Shown here in pieces: positions 55,947 through 64,000 of a stretch of 64,000 nt of DNA. Location of the stretch: positions 64,001 to 128,000 of the forward strand of contig CAVTCR010000019.1 of NCBI GenBank assembly GCA_963733195.1. Reading direction: 5' to 3'. Under the pieces are notes generated by a model, which saw only the letters and a list, made by a program, of their open reading frames with translations, had not been told where the DNA came from and ran no database searches. The translations under genes were made by a program, and so were the position numbers. How positions within the stretch are numbered: the stretch's first letter is position 1; every line of letters starts with the position of its first letter. Origin of the DNA: an uncultured delta proteobacterium. GTDB lineage: Bacteria; Desulfobacterota; Binatia; Bin18.

Positions 55947-57371
55947 CTACAAAGCAGCGATGTATTTGAGCCCAGTGATACTCGGGAGGAAACAATATGC
56001 TCCTCCTCGAGTAGTCACGAACTGTGAAAATCTTGGTATTGCGACCTTCGCATCAGCCCCTGGCAGCGCAAAAGCCGGCTCTCTAATCACGTTACTCCCC
56101 GCGATGGGGTCCTTGGCATCACTTGGAAGCTCAGGCCGAAAGCCACCACGGTTCATCCAGTTCGTTATGAGAAATTCAAATTGATCTTCCAGGCTCACGC
56201 AAACAAAGAGGCCGAGAAGTCCGCGTTCTACGTCGTCTGCTTTACCATTACGAGGATCATACTTGGGGCCGTAGGGCATACCACGACGAACGATTGGATG
56301 TCGGTCGCTGTCAGCTCCAGCCACAGCTTCACCGCGTGGGTTGACACGACGGATATGAGCATCGAATGGACACGTCAGTCCTTGCGGGTCCTTGGTAAAA
56401 TCAAAGTCGTTGAGTTTATCCGGCGGAAGCGGTGGTTGCGGAGATGAAGAGTGAGGACTCAATACGAGAGGAACTCCATTACGCCAACGGCCACAGAACT
56501 TTGCCGCGATCATTTCTTTATCTAGACCCGTGGCAGCAGCAACTGCGTCCAGATACTTCTCGAACTCAACGACATCTTGTTGGAGGATACGGAACGCGGC
56601 GAAACTCCCGTTCCGTCCGAACTCAAGCGGGCGTGGCACGGGGTACTGAAATCCCAACCACTGACTGGGATAGCCAAGAAGGAACGCCCCAGAGGGTACG
56701 GCTATCGCCGTCGCCGCGGCGAATTGAGGCCGCGGTGCACCAGCAATCACCGGCTGCGCTATGCCATCTCGATAGCCAAAGTGAATAAGGACTCCAGGTT
56801 GACTCTCTTCTTGTGAGTTTCCGTCCTCTAGTTTAGCACCGACCTCACAATGTAAAACTGTACAAGAACTCTGCCGGGCAAGGTCACTGAGTATGGTACT
56901 CAAGCTGTCAAGACTTTTCTCGTTCGCGTAGAGCGATAACATCATGTGCACCGCTCCAGTATTCAGCTGCCCGCGCCAGTGGTGCGGGGCACTCGTTCCA
57001 CAATCACCAATGAGCGCAGCTCGTGCAGGAGCGCCATTGACAAACGCTTTGTCGTGGGCAAAAGACGCAAGCGTCGCTGCTGGAAGATGTAGTGCTTGCA
57101 GTCCAGCGTAAGTAAAGCCAATGTTAAGCGCCGAGGCGGGGCGAGTTTTCTGCGTCCAGTCTGCCGCTGTCGCTATGCGCAGGGTCGCTTGCGGATTATT
57201 CGTGAGTGTTCCTACGAGTCGCCGGCCACCTTCGGCTTGGTCAACACGGACGAAAAAATGGCGCACCGCAGGAAGGGCATAGTCACAAAGAATCAATCCC
57301 TGGATGTCGTGGAGCGGCAACGTACGGTTTGTCAGACTTTCGGGAGTCACAATGGTAGCCTGCGTGTTCAC
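55947..57371 (-). CDS. DyP-type heme peroxidase (large, no obvious signal peptide)
   Basis: DIQG, HFGYRDGIAQP, AHIRRVNPR, IVRRGMPYG, QFEF. Confidence 0.9.
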   Translation of the reverse strand: MNTQATIVTPESLTNRTLPLHDIQGLILCDYALPAVRHFFVRVDQAEGGRRLVGTLTNNPQATLRIATAADWTQKTRPASALNIGFTYAGLQALHLPAATLASFAHDKAFVNGAPARAALIGDCGTSAPHHWRGQLNTGAVHMMLSLYANEKSLDSLSTILSDLARQSSCTVLHCEVGAKLEDGNSQEESQPGVLIHFGYRDGIAQPVIAGAPRPQFAAATAIAVPSGAFLLGYPSQWLGFQYPVPRPLEFGRNGSFAAFRILQQDVVEFEKYLDAVAAATGLDKEMIAAKFCGRWRNGVPLVLSPHSSSPQPPLPPDKLNDFDFTKDPQGLTCPFDAHIRRVNPRGEAVAGADSDRHPIVRRGMPYGPKYDPRNGKADDVERGLLGLFVCVSLEDQFEFLITNWMNRGGFRPELPSDAKDPIAGSNVIREPAFALPGADAKVAIPRFSQFVTTRGGAYCFLPSITGLKYIAAL

Positions 57372-59248
57372 TTCTTTTCTCCCCCTTGTCGTCCGAGGAT
57401 ATCCTGTACGGTCAGATCACCATAAGCGCTGTAGAACTGCGAGTCGGAGACGAGATCGGCCCGTTCGACATAGGCAATAAACTCATCACGATATTGTCGC
57501 ACTGGTAATGGCGGCGCATCCTTCATGTGCTCTAACATGAGGTCGAACAAGTCTCCTGCGACCTCAATATAGTTCTCAATGTAATTGTCGAACGCTCCAT
57601 CGTAAGTAGTAATGAGGGCCAGTTTGGTATCGTGCTCCAGGAAAACAAATCGCGCGAAATGAACAGTGCCAACTTGCTCGAGGACATCGACCACTTGCTG
57701 ATAGGCTTGCGACAGGATGAGTTTCAGTGCCCGCGCATGTAACGCCTGCGGCTGTTTGATCTCCATGACCGCTGTGAGTGCATTTTGTACAGGCTGAGGC
57801 CCAAAATCAACAGCAAGTTGTTTCGGGAAAAAAGTTCCATACTCGAGTTTTCCGAGTGGACCGGATGCGCGACGGACCTTTGGCAACATCAGCAGGCTTC
57901 GTATCATTTCTACGATCTGCACCTGCGCGATATATTTACCAAAGCAGTCATGCCAGCCAGTACCAAAAATCAGATCGTCCGCATCAGCAAAGTTCCGGTC
58001 TGGGCGGAACTCGAATGGCTGTTCCCACTTGCGCTCGTCCATCATAGCCGAGCACACGCTCAGAAACAGAAGCTTTCCTTTGGTAATGTGTGTTTCTCGC
58101 GTCGTACCAGGAGCAAGCACCAGATCCTCGCGTGCGATACGCAGAAGAAAAGGAACCGGTGCATTAAAGCGGAGTGCTTCTCGAATGAGCCCCCATAGCT
58201 GGCGTCGAGATGCTTGCGTTGTCGCAGCATCTCTTGCAGAGGTCACTTTCTGTGCAACTTCCGTCGCCATTTCCTGCGCAGTGGGATGTGACAAGAAGAA
58301 ATCCATCGCGTTACTCACCGCAGCCGTCACATTATCGACCATACCATTGACCATCCCAACCAGATTGCGAATGACTTTTTCTACGAGCTTTTGCATCTGC
58401 TCAGCTTTATTTCCAGCTGGGTCGAACGGTTCGGCGGCAACCATGCGTTGGAGAATGGTTGTTGGGTCAGTGGGAGGATGCTTCTGCAATTCCTCAATCA
58501 GCGAGGTCATATGGGTAGCAACCTCTTTTCTGACTTGTGGCACTCGTGCCAGCAATTGCTGGATGGTTGCCGGATCAAAGGCGAAATGGCGGCCAAAGGC
58601 ACCGTGGATAAAGGCGCCGTTCAGTGTGGCGATCCAATTGCCAACGCAGGGAAAGGCCGGATCAAGAAACGGGCGTGGGTCTGGCAACGGTACCGGATTC
58701 GGGCGCGAAGGAGGCGGGAGCGGAGGAATACCGAAGTCGACCGGGTTCGGGTCGGTGAGGCCAAAGTAGTGCTGAGCTACAGCAGTAGAGACTCGACGAG
58801 CAAAACCATGTGGGACATCGATGCGCCCGGCGGGTTTGCGAGGTTCTCGCTGACCAGGGAGCGCGCCTCCCTCATGACGTGTCATCATGAAGCCAAGGAT
58901 TTTTTCGATCTCTTCGGCAGCAATTTTATGCACTCGTTCGAGTTCAGCTTGCGGCAGTAGTCCTTCCAAAAAGGCGCGGTCGGCGTCATGCCCATCTTCT
59001 TTGTCCTTGCCAAGGACAAAGTCGTAACTCCCAAGATAGGCTTTGACATTGAAATGGCTAGAATCCTCAAAAATGGCTTTCACATCTTCATGACGCGAAA
59101 CAAAGACAGCCTCTGGAGTCACAAAGAACGGTGCATGTTCGCGCAATTCAACAAAGAGTTCTTGTCGGCGGCGAAAAATCCACTCCGTGAACAGTTCTTT
59201 GCGTTTATCACCTGAATACAGGGCAGTATAGGCTTCGATAAACCCCAC
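57368..59248 (-). CDS. Atypical cytochrome P450 fused to a ~140-aa C-terminal domain
   Basis: EALRF, FRPDR, FGTGWHDCFG; I-helix NGMVDN; C-terminal ALTAVMEIK...VHFARFVFL...TTYDG...YSAY. Confidence 0.85.
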   Translation of the reverse strand: MGFIEAYTALYSGDKRKELFTEWIFRRRQELFVELREHAPFFVTPEAVFVSRHEDVKAIFEDSSHFNVKAYLGSYDFVLGKDKEDGHDADRAFLEGLLPQAELERVHKIAAEEIEKILGFMMTRHEGGALPGQREPRKPAGRIDVPHGFARRVSTAVAQHYFGLTDPNPVDFGIPPLPPPSRPNPVPLPDPRPFLDPAFPCVGNWIATLNGAFIHGAFGRHFAFDPATIQQLLARVPQVRKEVATHMTSLIEELQKHPPTDPTTILQRMVAAEPFDPAGNKAEQMQKLVEKVIRNLVGMVNGMVDNVTAAVSNAMDFFLSHPTAQEMATEVAQKVTSARDAATTQASRRQLWGLIREALRFNAPVPFLLRIAREDLVLAPGTTRETHITKGKLLFLSVCSAMMDERKWEQPFEFRPDRNFADADDLIFGTGWHDCFGKYIAQVQIVEMIRSLLMLPKVRRASGPLGKLEYGTFFPKQLAVDFGPQPVQNALTAVMEIKQPQALHARALKLILSQAYQQVVDVLEQVGTVHFARFVFLEHDTKLALITTYDGAFDNYIENYIEVAGDLFDLMLEHMKDAPPLPVRQYRDEFIAYVERADLVSDSQFYSAYGDLTVQDILGRQGGEKK

Positions 59249-59431
59249 AGCATCCTCCTCTCCGATGCCTCAGGATTTCAGTCCTGAGGGCAAGCTAAAT
59301 CGAAACACGGAAGATCCGTACACTCCAGAACTTCTTGCTCCCTCTCCTTATTCAGAAGGAGTACCCTCATGACTTTTTGTAGAGACACCCCGCCAAGGCG
59401 TCTCTATTTTGCTCTGCATGTCGACCCATCG

Positions 59432-60262
59432 TCACACTCGGGCAAGAGGAACAGACAGCCCTGGGACCTCAACCCGCGTACGGAAGATAGTGCCTTTGCC
59501 GTCAGGGACCTCAGTGTTATCCGCAGTGACGATATAGAGGTCACGGCGGTCTTTCCAGCCAAAGCAGACGCTCGTCACTGCTTTCGCCGGTACGTCGATC
59601 TTGCGATCCACTTTCCCTTCTGGGGTGTAGCGAGTCACGCATCGGCCACCGTAAACAGCAACCCAAACGCATCCGGCCTCGTCAACACACAGACCATCGG
59701 GAATCGTTCCGCCGGTCATCTGCGCAATCGCTCGACGGTTGGTCATCGTTCCATCTGCAGCAACATCATGAACAATGAGATGCGGGCCGGAACTGTCTGC
59801 GTGATAGATCGTCTTCCCATCGGGGGAAAAGCCGATCCCGTTGGTCAGGCCAACATTACCGTACATTTCTGTAACTTTGCTTTCTCCTTCGATCCGCCAT
59901 AACTCCCCAGGAGTGCGGGACCCTTCTTTGAAAGGATCAGAACGTAACGACCCGGCGTAGACGCGGCCAGCACTGTCAGTAAAGATGTCGTTGAATCCGG
60001 GGATATCATCGCGCTGAAACAAGATACGTGTCTGACCATCTTTGACATGACAAATGTTCTTGCCAGAGACAACGACACCACCGTCGGCATGCAACGCGAT
60101 ACCCCCGACTCCGCGCCGACGTGGGACAGCGGTACTTACTTCTCCGCTCGGCGAACGGCGATACACACCGCCGTTTGTGACATCGCTAAAATAGAGATTA
60201 TCGTTGCTATCAACGCGCGGACCTTCAAGTAACCCGTAACCAGACGCGAGTGTTTCGAGCAT
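59432..60262 (-). CDS. SMP-30/gluconolactonase-family protein
   Basis: LEGP, FND, NGIGFSPDG, PDGLCVD, TSVCFG. Confidence 0.9.
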   Translation of the reverse strand: MLETLASGYGLLEGPRVDSNDNLYFSDVTNGGVYRRSPSGEVSTAVPRRRGVGGIALHADGGVVVSGKNICHVKDGQTRILFQRDDIPGFNDIFTDSAGRVYAGSLRSDPFKEGSRTPGELWRIEGESKVTEMYGNVGLTNGIGFSPDGKTIYHADSSGPHLIVHDVAADGTMTNRRAIAQMTGGTIPDGLCVDEAGCVWVAVYGGRCVTRYTPEGKVDRKIDVPAKAVTSVCFGWKDRRDLYIVTADNTEVPDGKGTIFRTRVEVPGLSVPLARV

Positions 60263-60420
60263 GACGTTCTCCTCCTTTACTATTTTAGAGCCTTCATCCT
60301 TCGATCCTTCGACTACGCTCACCTGTGCCTGCGGCACTGGCGCAGGCAGGACAGGCTTTGCTAACGCTACACTCAAGACGAACGGGGGAATCTTCTCCAA
60401 CTGCAATTCATAAATGAAAA

Positions 60421-60445
60421 GAGGCGCAGCATGCTGCGCCCCTAC
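60421..60445 (-). repeat. GTAG-type REP
   Basis: gaggcgcagcatgctgcgcccctac; copy of 36006-36030. Confidence 0.75.
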
Positions 60446-60473
60446 CTCATGAGCTAATTGCTGATAGCTTTGA

Positions 60474-61649
60474 CTAGTTCAACCCATAGACCTTGGCAAC
60501 GCTATCACCCAACAGATTCCGCCGTGCTGTCTCTGACAACGGAGAAACAAGATTGCTGAGCGCTTCGATATAGTTCCCCGGATGATCGAAATGTGGAAAG
60601 TCCGTCGCCCAGAAAAATTTATCGTTCCCAACGTGCTCTACAATATGTGCGAGCGCTTTTTCATCCGGGTCGCCGGAAATCCAGCACTGTCGCTTGAAGT
60701 AGAAGCTGGGTTTTTCTTTGAGCAGCACACTCTTACCCAGTGCTGTCTCATAGGTTGTATCCATGCGATCAAGTGCCGCACCGATCCAGCCGGCACCAGA
60801 TTCGAGCAGAACGACCTTCACGTTAGGAAATTTATCAAACAGTCCATATTGGAATAGCGCAAAGAGGGCTTGTTGCGGCCCTTGCGCACCCAACACATTG
60901 TGATACCAATCGGCCCACTTCATCTCCTTGAAGCGTTGATAAACGCGCTTACTCGGGTGCTCAGCCATAGGATGAATGCCAACCGGCACGCCAAGCTCTT
61001 GCGCTTTCGCCCAGAATGGGTCGTGATCAGGGTGTGCATGGGCTTTCATCGTCATGGTGAAGGGCGCAACAAATGCGCCCTTGCATCCTGCTTTTATTGA
61101 ACGTTCCAGTTCTTTCGCTGCTTCGTGCCCGTCAGCCAAAGAGATATGCGCAACCGGGATGAGGCGATCCTTATAGTCCGAGCAAAAGTCGACAATCCAA
61201 CGATTATACGCCTTTGCATAGGCAAGCGAGACGCCAGGGTCTTCGGTCTCACATTCCCAAGTCAAGCCAATGCTGGGGTAGAGAATTGAGGCGCGCAAGC
61301 CTTCGCGATCCAGCAGCTCGACACGTTCCTTTGGATACATCGAACCAAAGGGGGCTGCCTCACTGTACTTTTTTTCCTGCAGTTTAACTGCCATCTGGTC
61401 AGCGCTTTCTCCCATACTGCCCAGCAGCGTAAACGTTTTCAGGTTGAAAAACTTCGACGGATGGCCTTCGATTTCGAGATATTCTTTCCCTTCGCTGTTC
61501 ACTCGAACGCGAATCGCCTTGTCGCGATATTGCGGGTCAATATATTTTTCCCAAATATCTGGCGGCTCTAAGATATGACCATCAGCATCAATGACGTTGT
61601 TATACGGAATACGGTATTTGAAATTACGCTCCATTGCATTCTCATTCAT
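60474..61649 (-). CDS. Amidohydrolase_2-family protein
   Basis: IDADGHILEP, YNRW, GIHP, LESGAGW, WATDFPH. Confidence 0.88.
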   Translation of the reverse strand: MNENAMERNFKYRIPYNNVIDADGHILEPPDIWEKYIDPQYRDKAIRVRVNSEGKEYLEIEGHPSKFFNLKTFTLLGSMGESADQMAVKLQEKKYSEAAPFGSMYPKERVELLDREGLRASILYPSIGLTWECETEDPGVSLAYAKAYNRWIVDFCSDYKDRLIPVAHISLADGHEAAKELERSIKAGCKGAFVAPFTMTMKAHAHPDHDPFWAKAQELGVPVGIHPMAEHPSKRVYQRFKEMKWADWYHNVLGAQGPQQALFALFQYGLFDKFPNVKVVLLESGAGWIGAALDRMDTTYETALGKSVLLKEKPSFYFKRQCWISGDPDEKALAHIVEHVGNDKFFWATDFPHFDHPGNYIEALSNLVSPLSETARRNLLGDSVAKVYGLN

Positions 61650-61663
61650 CGCAACAGCACTCC

Positions 61664-62824
61664 TTAATTCAGCGGCACGCCATAGACCTGTGCCACGTTT
61701 TCTCCCAAAATTCCTCGTCGCGCCCGCTCTGAAAGGGGAGCAACCAGGGTATCTAGCGCCTTCATGTAACCAAGTGTGTGATCATCGTGTGGGTAATCGG
61801 TCGCCCAGAAGAATTTGTCCGGTCCTAAGAAATCGATCAGGTAAGACACGGCACGCTCGTCCGGGTCTGCTGAGATCCAGCATTGGCGTTGGAAGTAAAA
61901 ACTCGGCTTCTCTTTCAAAGGCACGGACTGTCCCAAGCAGGTCTCATAGGCCGCATCCATGCGGTCAAGCAGGTGCCCAATCCAGCCCGCGCCGGATTCA
62001 AGCATCACGATTTTGACTTTGGGGAACCGATCAAATAAGCCATATTGAAAGAGTGCGAGAAAGGCTTGTTGTGGTCCCTGTCCGCCGAGCACATCGACCC
62101 ACCATTCACCCCATTTGTACATTTCCCGAAAACGTTGATAGACGCGACGATTCGGTGGCTCCGCTACCGGATGAATTGCCACTGGTACGTCATGGTCCTG
62201 AACAGCGGCCCAGAAACGGTCATAATCTTTATGAGCATGTGGTTTATCAGTCAGCGTGTGGGGCGCGACAAAGATGCCCTTGCAGCCAGCTTTCACTGCC
62301 CGTTCGAATTCTTCAACCTCCATGTGCCCATCGGTCAAACAAATATGCGCTATTGGCACTAGCCGCCCAGCAGAGTCCGCACAGAAGTCGACTACCCAGC
62401 GATTGTAGGCGCGACAATATGCGGTGGCCAACTCTAGGTCCGTCACTTCACTTTCCCATTCCAGAGCGATGGTGGGATAGACAAAGGCTTTTCTCAGTCC
62501 TTCATAGTCGAGGAGCTGCAGCCGCTCTTTCGGGTCGTTGCCACCAAACGGAATGCTGTCCTTGTAAGAAATCCGCGTGAGTTGATCTCGGTCCTCAAAC
62601 GAGAAGCCCATACCGCGGCCACGCGCGAGGAGATCCGCATTGAGATACCGCGACGGCTTCCCACCGACCTGCATCCGTTCGCGTCCATCGGCATCGATCC
62701 CAAGGCGAATGGCTCGGTCACGATATTGCGATTCCAAATACCTCTCCCACAAATCGTGGGGTTCGTTGATATGGCCGTCAGCATCGATCACGCCCTCGTA
62801 CGAGGTGCGGGTCGTTTTGGGCAT
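61664..62824 (-). CDS. Amidohydrolase_2-family protein (tandem paralog)
   Basis: IDADGHINEP, YNRW, AIHP, LESGAGW, WATDYPH. Confidence 0.88.
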   Translation of the reverse strand: MPKTTRTSYEGVIDADGHINEPHDLWERYLESQYRDRAIRLGIDADGRERMQVGGKPSRYLNADLLARGRGMGFSFEDRDQLTRISYKDSIPFGGNDPKERLQLLDYEGLRKAFVYPTIALEWESEVTDLELATAYCRAYNRWVVDFCADSAGRLVPIAHICLTDGHMEVEEFERAVKAGCKGIFVAPHTLTDKPHAHKDYDRFWAAVQDHDVPVAIHPVAEPPNRRVYQRFREMYKWGEWWVDVLGGQGPQQAFLALFQYGLFDRFPKVKIVMLESGAGWIGHLLDRMDAAYETCLGQSVPLKEKPSFYFQRQCWISADPDERAVSYLIDFLGPDKFFWATDYPHDDHTLGYMKALDTLVAPLSERARRGILGENVAQVYGVPLN

Positions 62825-63024
62825 CGTCCGTGGCTGCACTGTGGCTCCTCCTTCAATTGTTGAGTACCAATCATTCATTGCTAGAGTTTCGTATAGGGGG
62901 TTTTTGCTGTCAAGAGGAAGCATTCTTAACGCAAATCCCTCATTTTCACTTTACGGGATTCCTCGCTGTGACTCCAGAATCCCAATATCATGCCGATAAC
63001 GTTCAATGTGGGGACATTACCGCC

Positions 63025-64000
63025 ATGAGATTTCGAGACGAACAACTTAAACTGCAGCAGGAGGTAGACGCCGAGGATCGGTCACTCGAGCAGGACCTTC
63101 CCACAACAGCGAAGGTCGAATATCTCCAGAATGCGCCCAAAGTCCGTCGCCCTGTTCTCTTAGGCCAATTACTCATCCAAATCGGTGCTGTGAAACAGGA
63201 GCATCTTGAGGCAGCACTTGTACAACAGAAGCAAACCAAGAAGAAGATCGGCACCCTTTTGGTAGAAAATGGCTGGATCAGTGAAGCCACGCTTGTCCAA
63301 GCATTGCAACTGTGTCAGTTCCTGCGCTCTCAAGGTGACAAACTTCGCGAGAAATTCGCCCCCTTACTCTCCAGCCAATGTATGAGCGAGCAAGAGTTAG
63401 AAGCTGCCATTATTGACTCCCAGGTAAGGCGGCGCTCGGTCGAGACTATTCTCGTTGAGAAGTATCATATTAGCAAGCAAGATATTGGTCAGGCGCTCAG
63501 CACCTTCTACCGCTGCCCGTTTGTAGAGAACCTCGATCGCCTTCCGATGACTCCAGATTTGGTACAGCGTCTCAATCCGACGTATCTCAAAACTAATTTA
63601 TGGATCCCACTCCAGGAGAGTAAAGACAACGTCACGGTTTTAATCGACGATCCGCATGATTTCCCCAGGTTTCAAGATATCCGACGCTTATTCCCAGGAA
63701 AAGAAATCCGTTTCTCGGTTGCCCTGCGCCAAGACATTGCCCAATACGTGCAAGCGATCACCAACACTGGTCAACAACAGGTCACGCTCGAACCCATTCC
63801 GGCAATCTTACGTCAGCTAGACAGTGAAGGCTATGACATTTCTGAGGAAGATGCGCCGTCAGTTATGGTCAACGAGAACGATAGCGCCATCGTCCGCTTG
63901 GCTAACCAAATCATCAGTGACGGGTATCGTAAGGGAGCCTCAGATATTCACATCGAGCCAGCAGGAGAGAAAGAAGAAACCAGTGTCCGCTTTCGTATCG
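63025..64000 (+). CDS. GspE/PilB-family ATPase with N-terminal MshEN-like motifs; runs off the window end
   Basis: Manual translation: LLGQLLIQIGAVKQEHLEAALVQQ, KIGTLLVENGWISE, AIVRLANQII...GASDIHIEP. Confidence 0.85.
   Translation, partial: MRFRDEQLKLQQEVDAEDRSLEQDLPTTAKVEYLQNAPKVRRPVLLGQLLIQIGAVKQEHLEAALVQQKQTKKKIGTLLVENGWISEATLVQALQLCQFLRSQGDKLREKFAPLLSSQCMSEQELEAAIIDSQVRRRSVETILVEKYHISKQDIGQALSTFYRCPFVENLDRLPMTPDLVQRLNPTYLKTNLWIPLQESKDNVTVLIDDPHDFPRFQDIRRLFPGKEIRFSVALRQDIAQYVQAITNTGQQQVTLEPIPAILRQLDSEGYDISEEDAPSVMVNENDSAIVRLANQIISDGYRKGASDIHIEPAGEKEETSVRFRI

Overview
Bacterial chromosome segment of moderate GC. The gene content (class III cyclase-ATPase-TPR proteins, family III CoA-transferase, LLM oxidoreductases, tandem amidohydrolases, P450s) suggests a deltaproteobacterial-like lineage such as Candidatus Binatia; this is inference only. 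A housekeeping core (about 15-44.4 kb: nrdJ with two NrdR boxes, gspE/pilB, lepB-lepA, UDP-sugar genes, mtnP, rlmN, ndk, and an mdh-fumAB-frdABCD-sucCD cluster) is flanked and interrupted by accessory regions. Many single-base frameshifts, including in housekeeping genes, look like long-read sequencing errors. Main points: (1) a family of ~98-bp attC-like sites delimiting gene cassettes (BrnTA, SET-domain protein, O-methyltransferase, SDR, LLM relic) at two loci, with no integrase in the window; (2) a translationally coupled pair of an atypical P450 fusion (I-helix Thr replaced by Asn, extra C-terminal domain) and a DyP peroxidase; (3) two class III cyclases with non-canonical specificity residues; (4) several layers of small repeats: REPs, including two in frame inside a CDS, MITE-like shells carrying REP pairs, a five-copy binding-site array, and 7-bp-periodic tracts that begin at stop codons; (5) several TA-like modules and relics. 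No rRNA, tRNA or CRISPR array was recognised.
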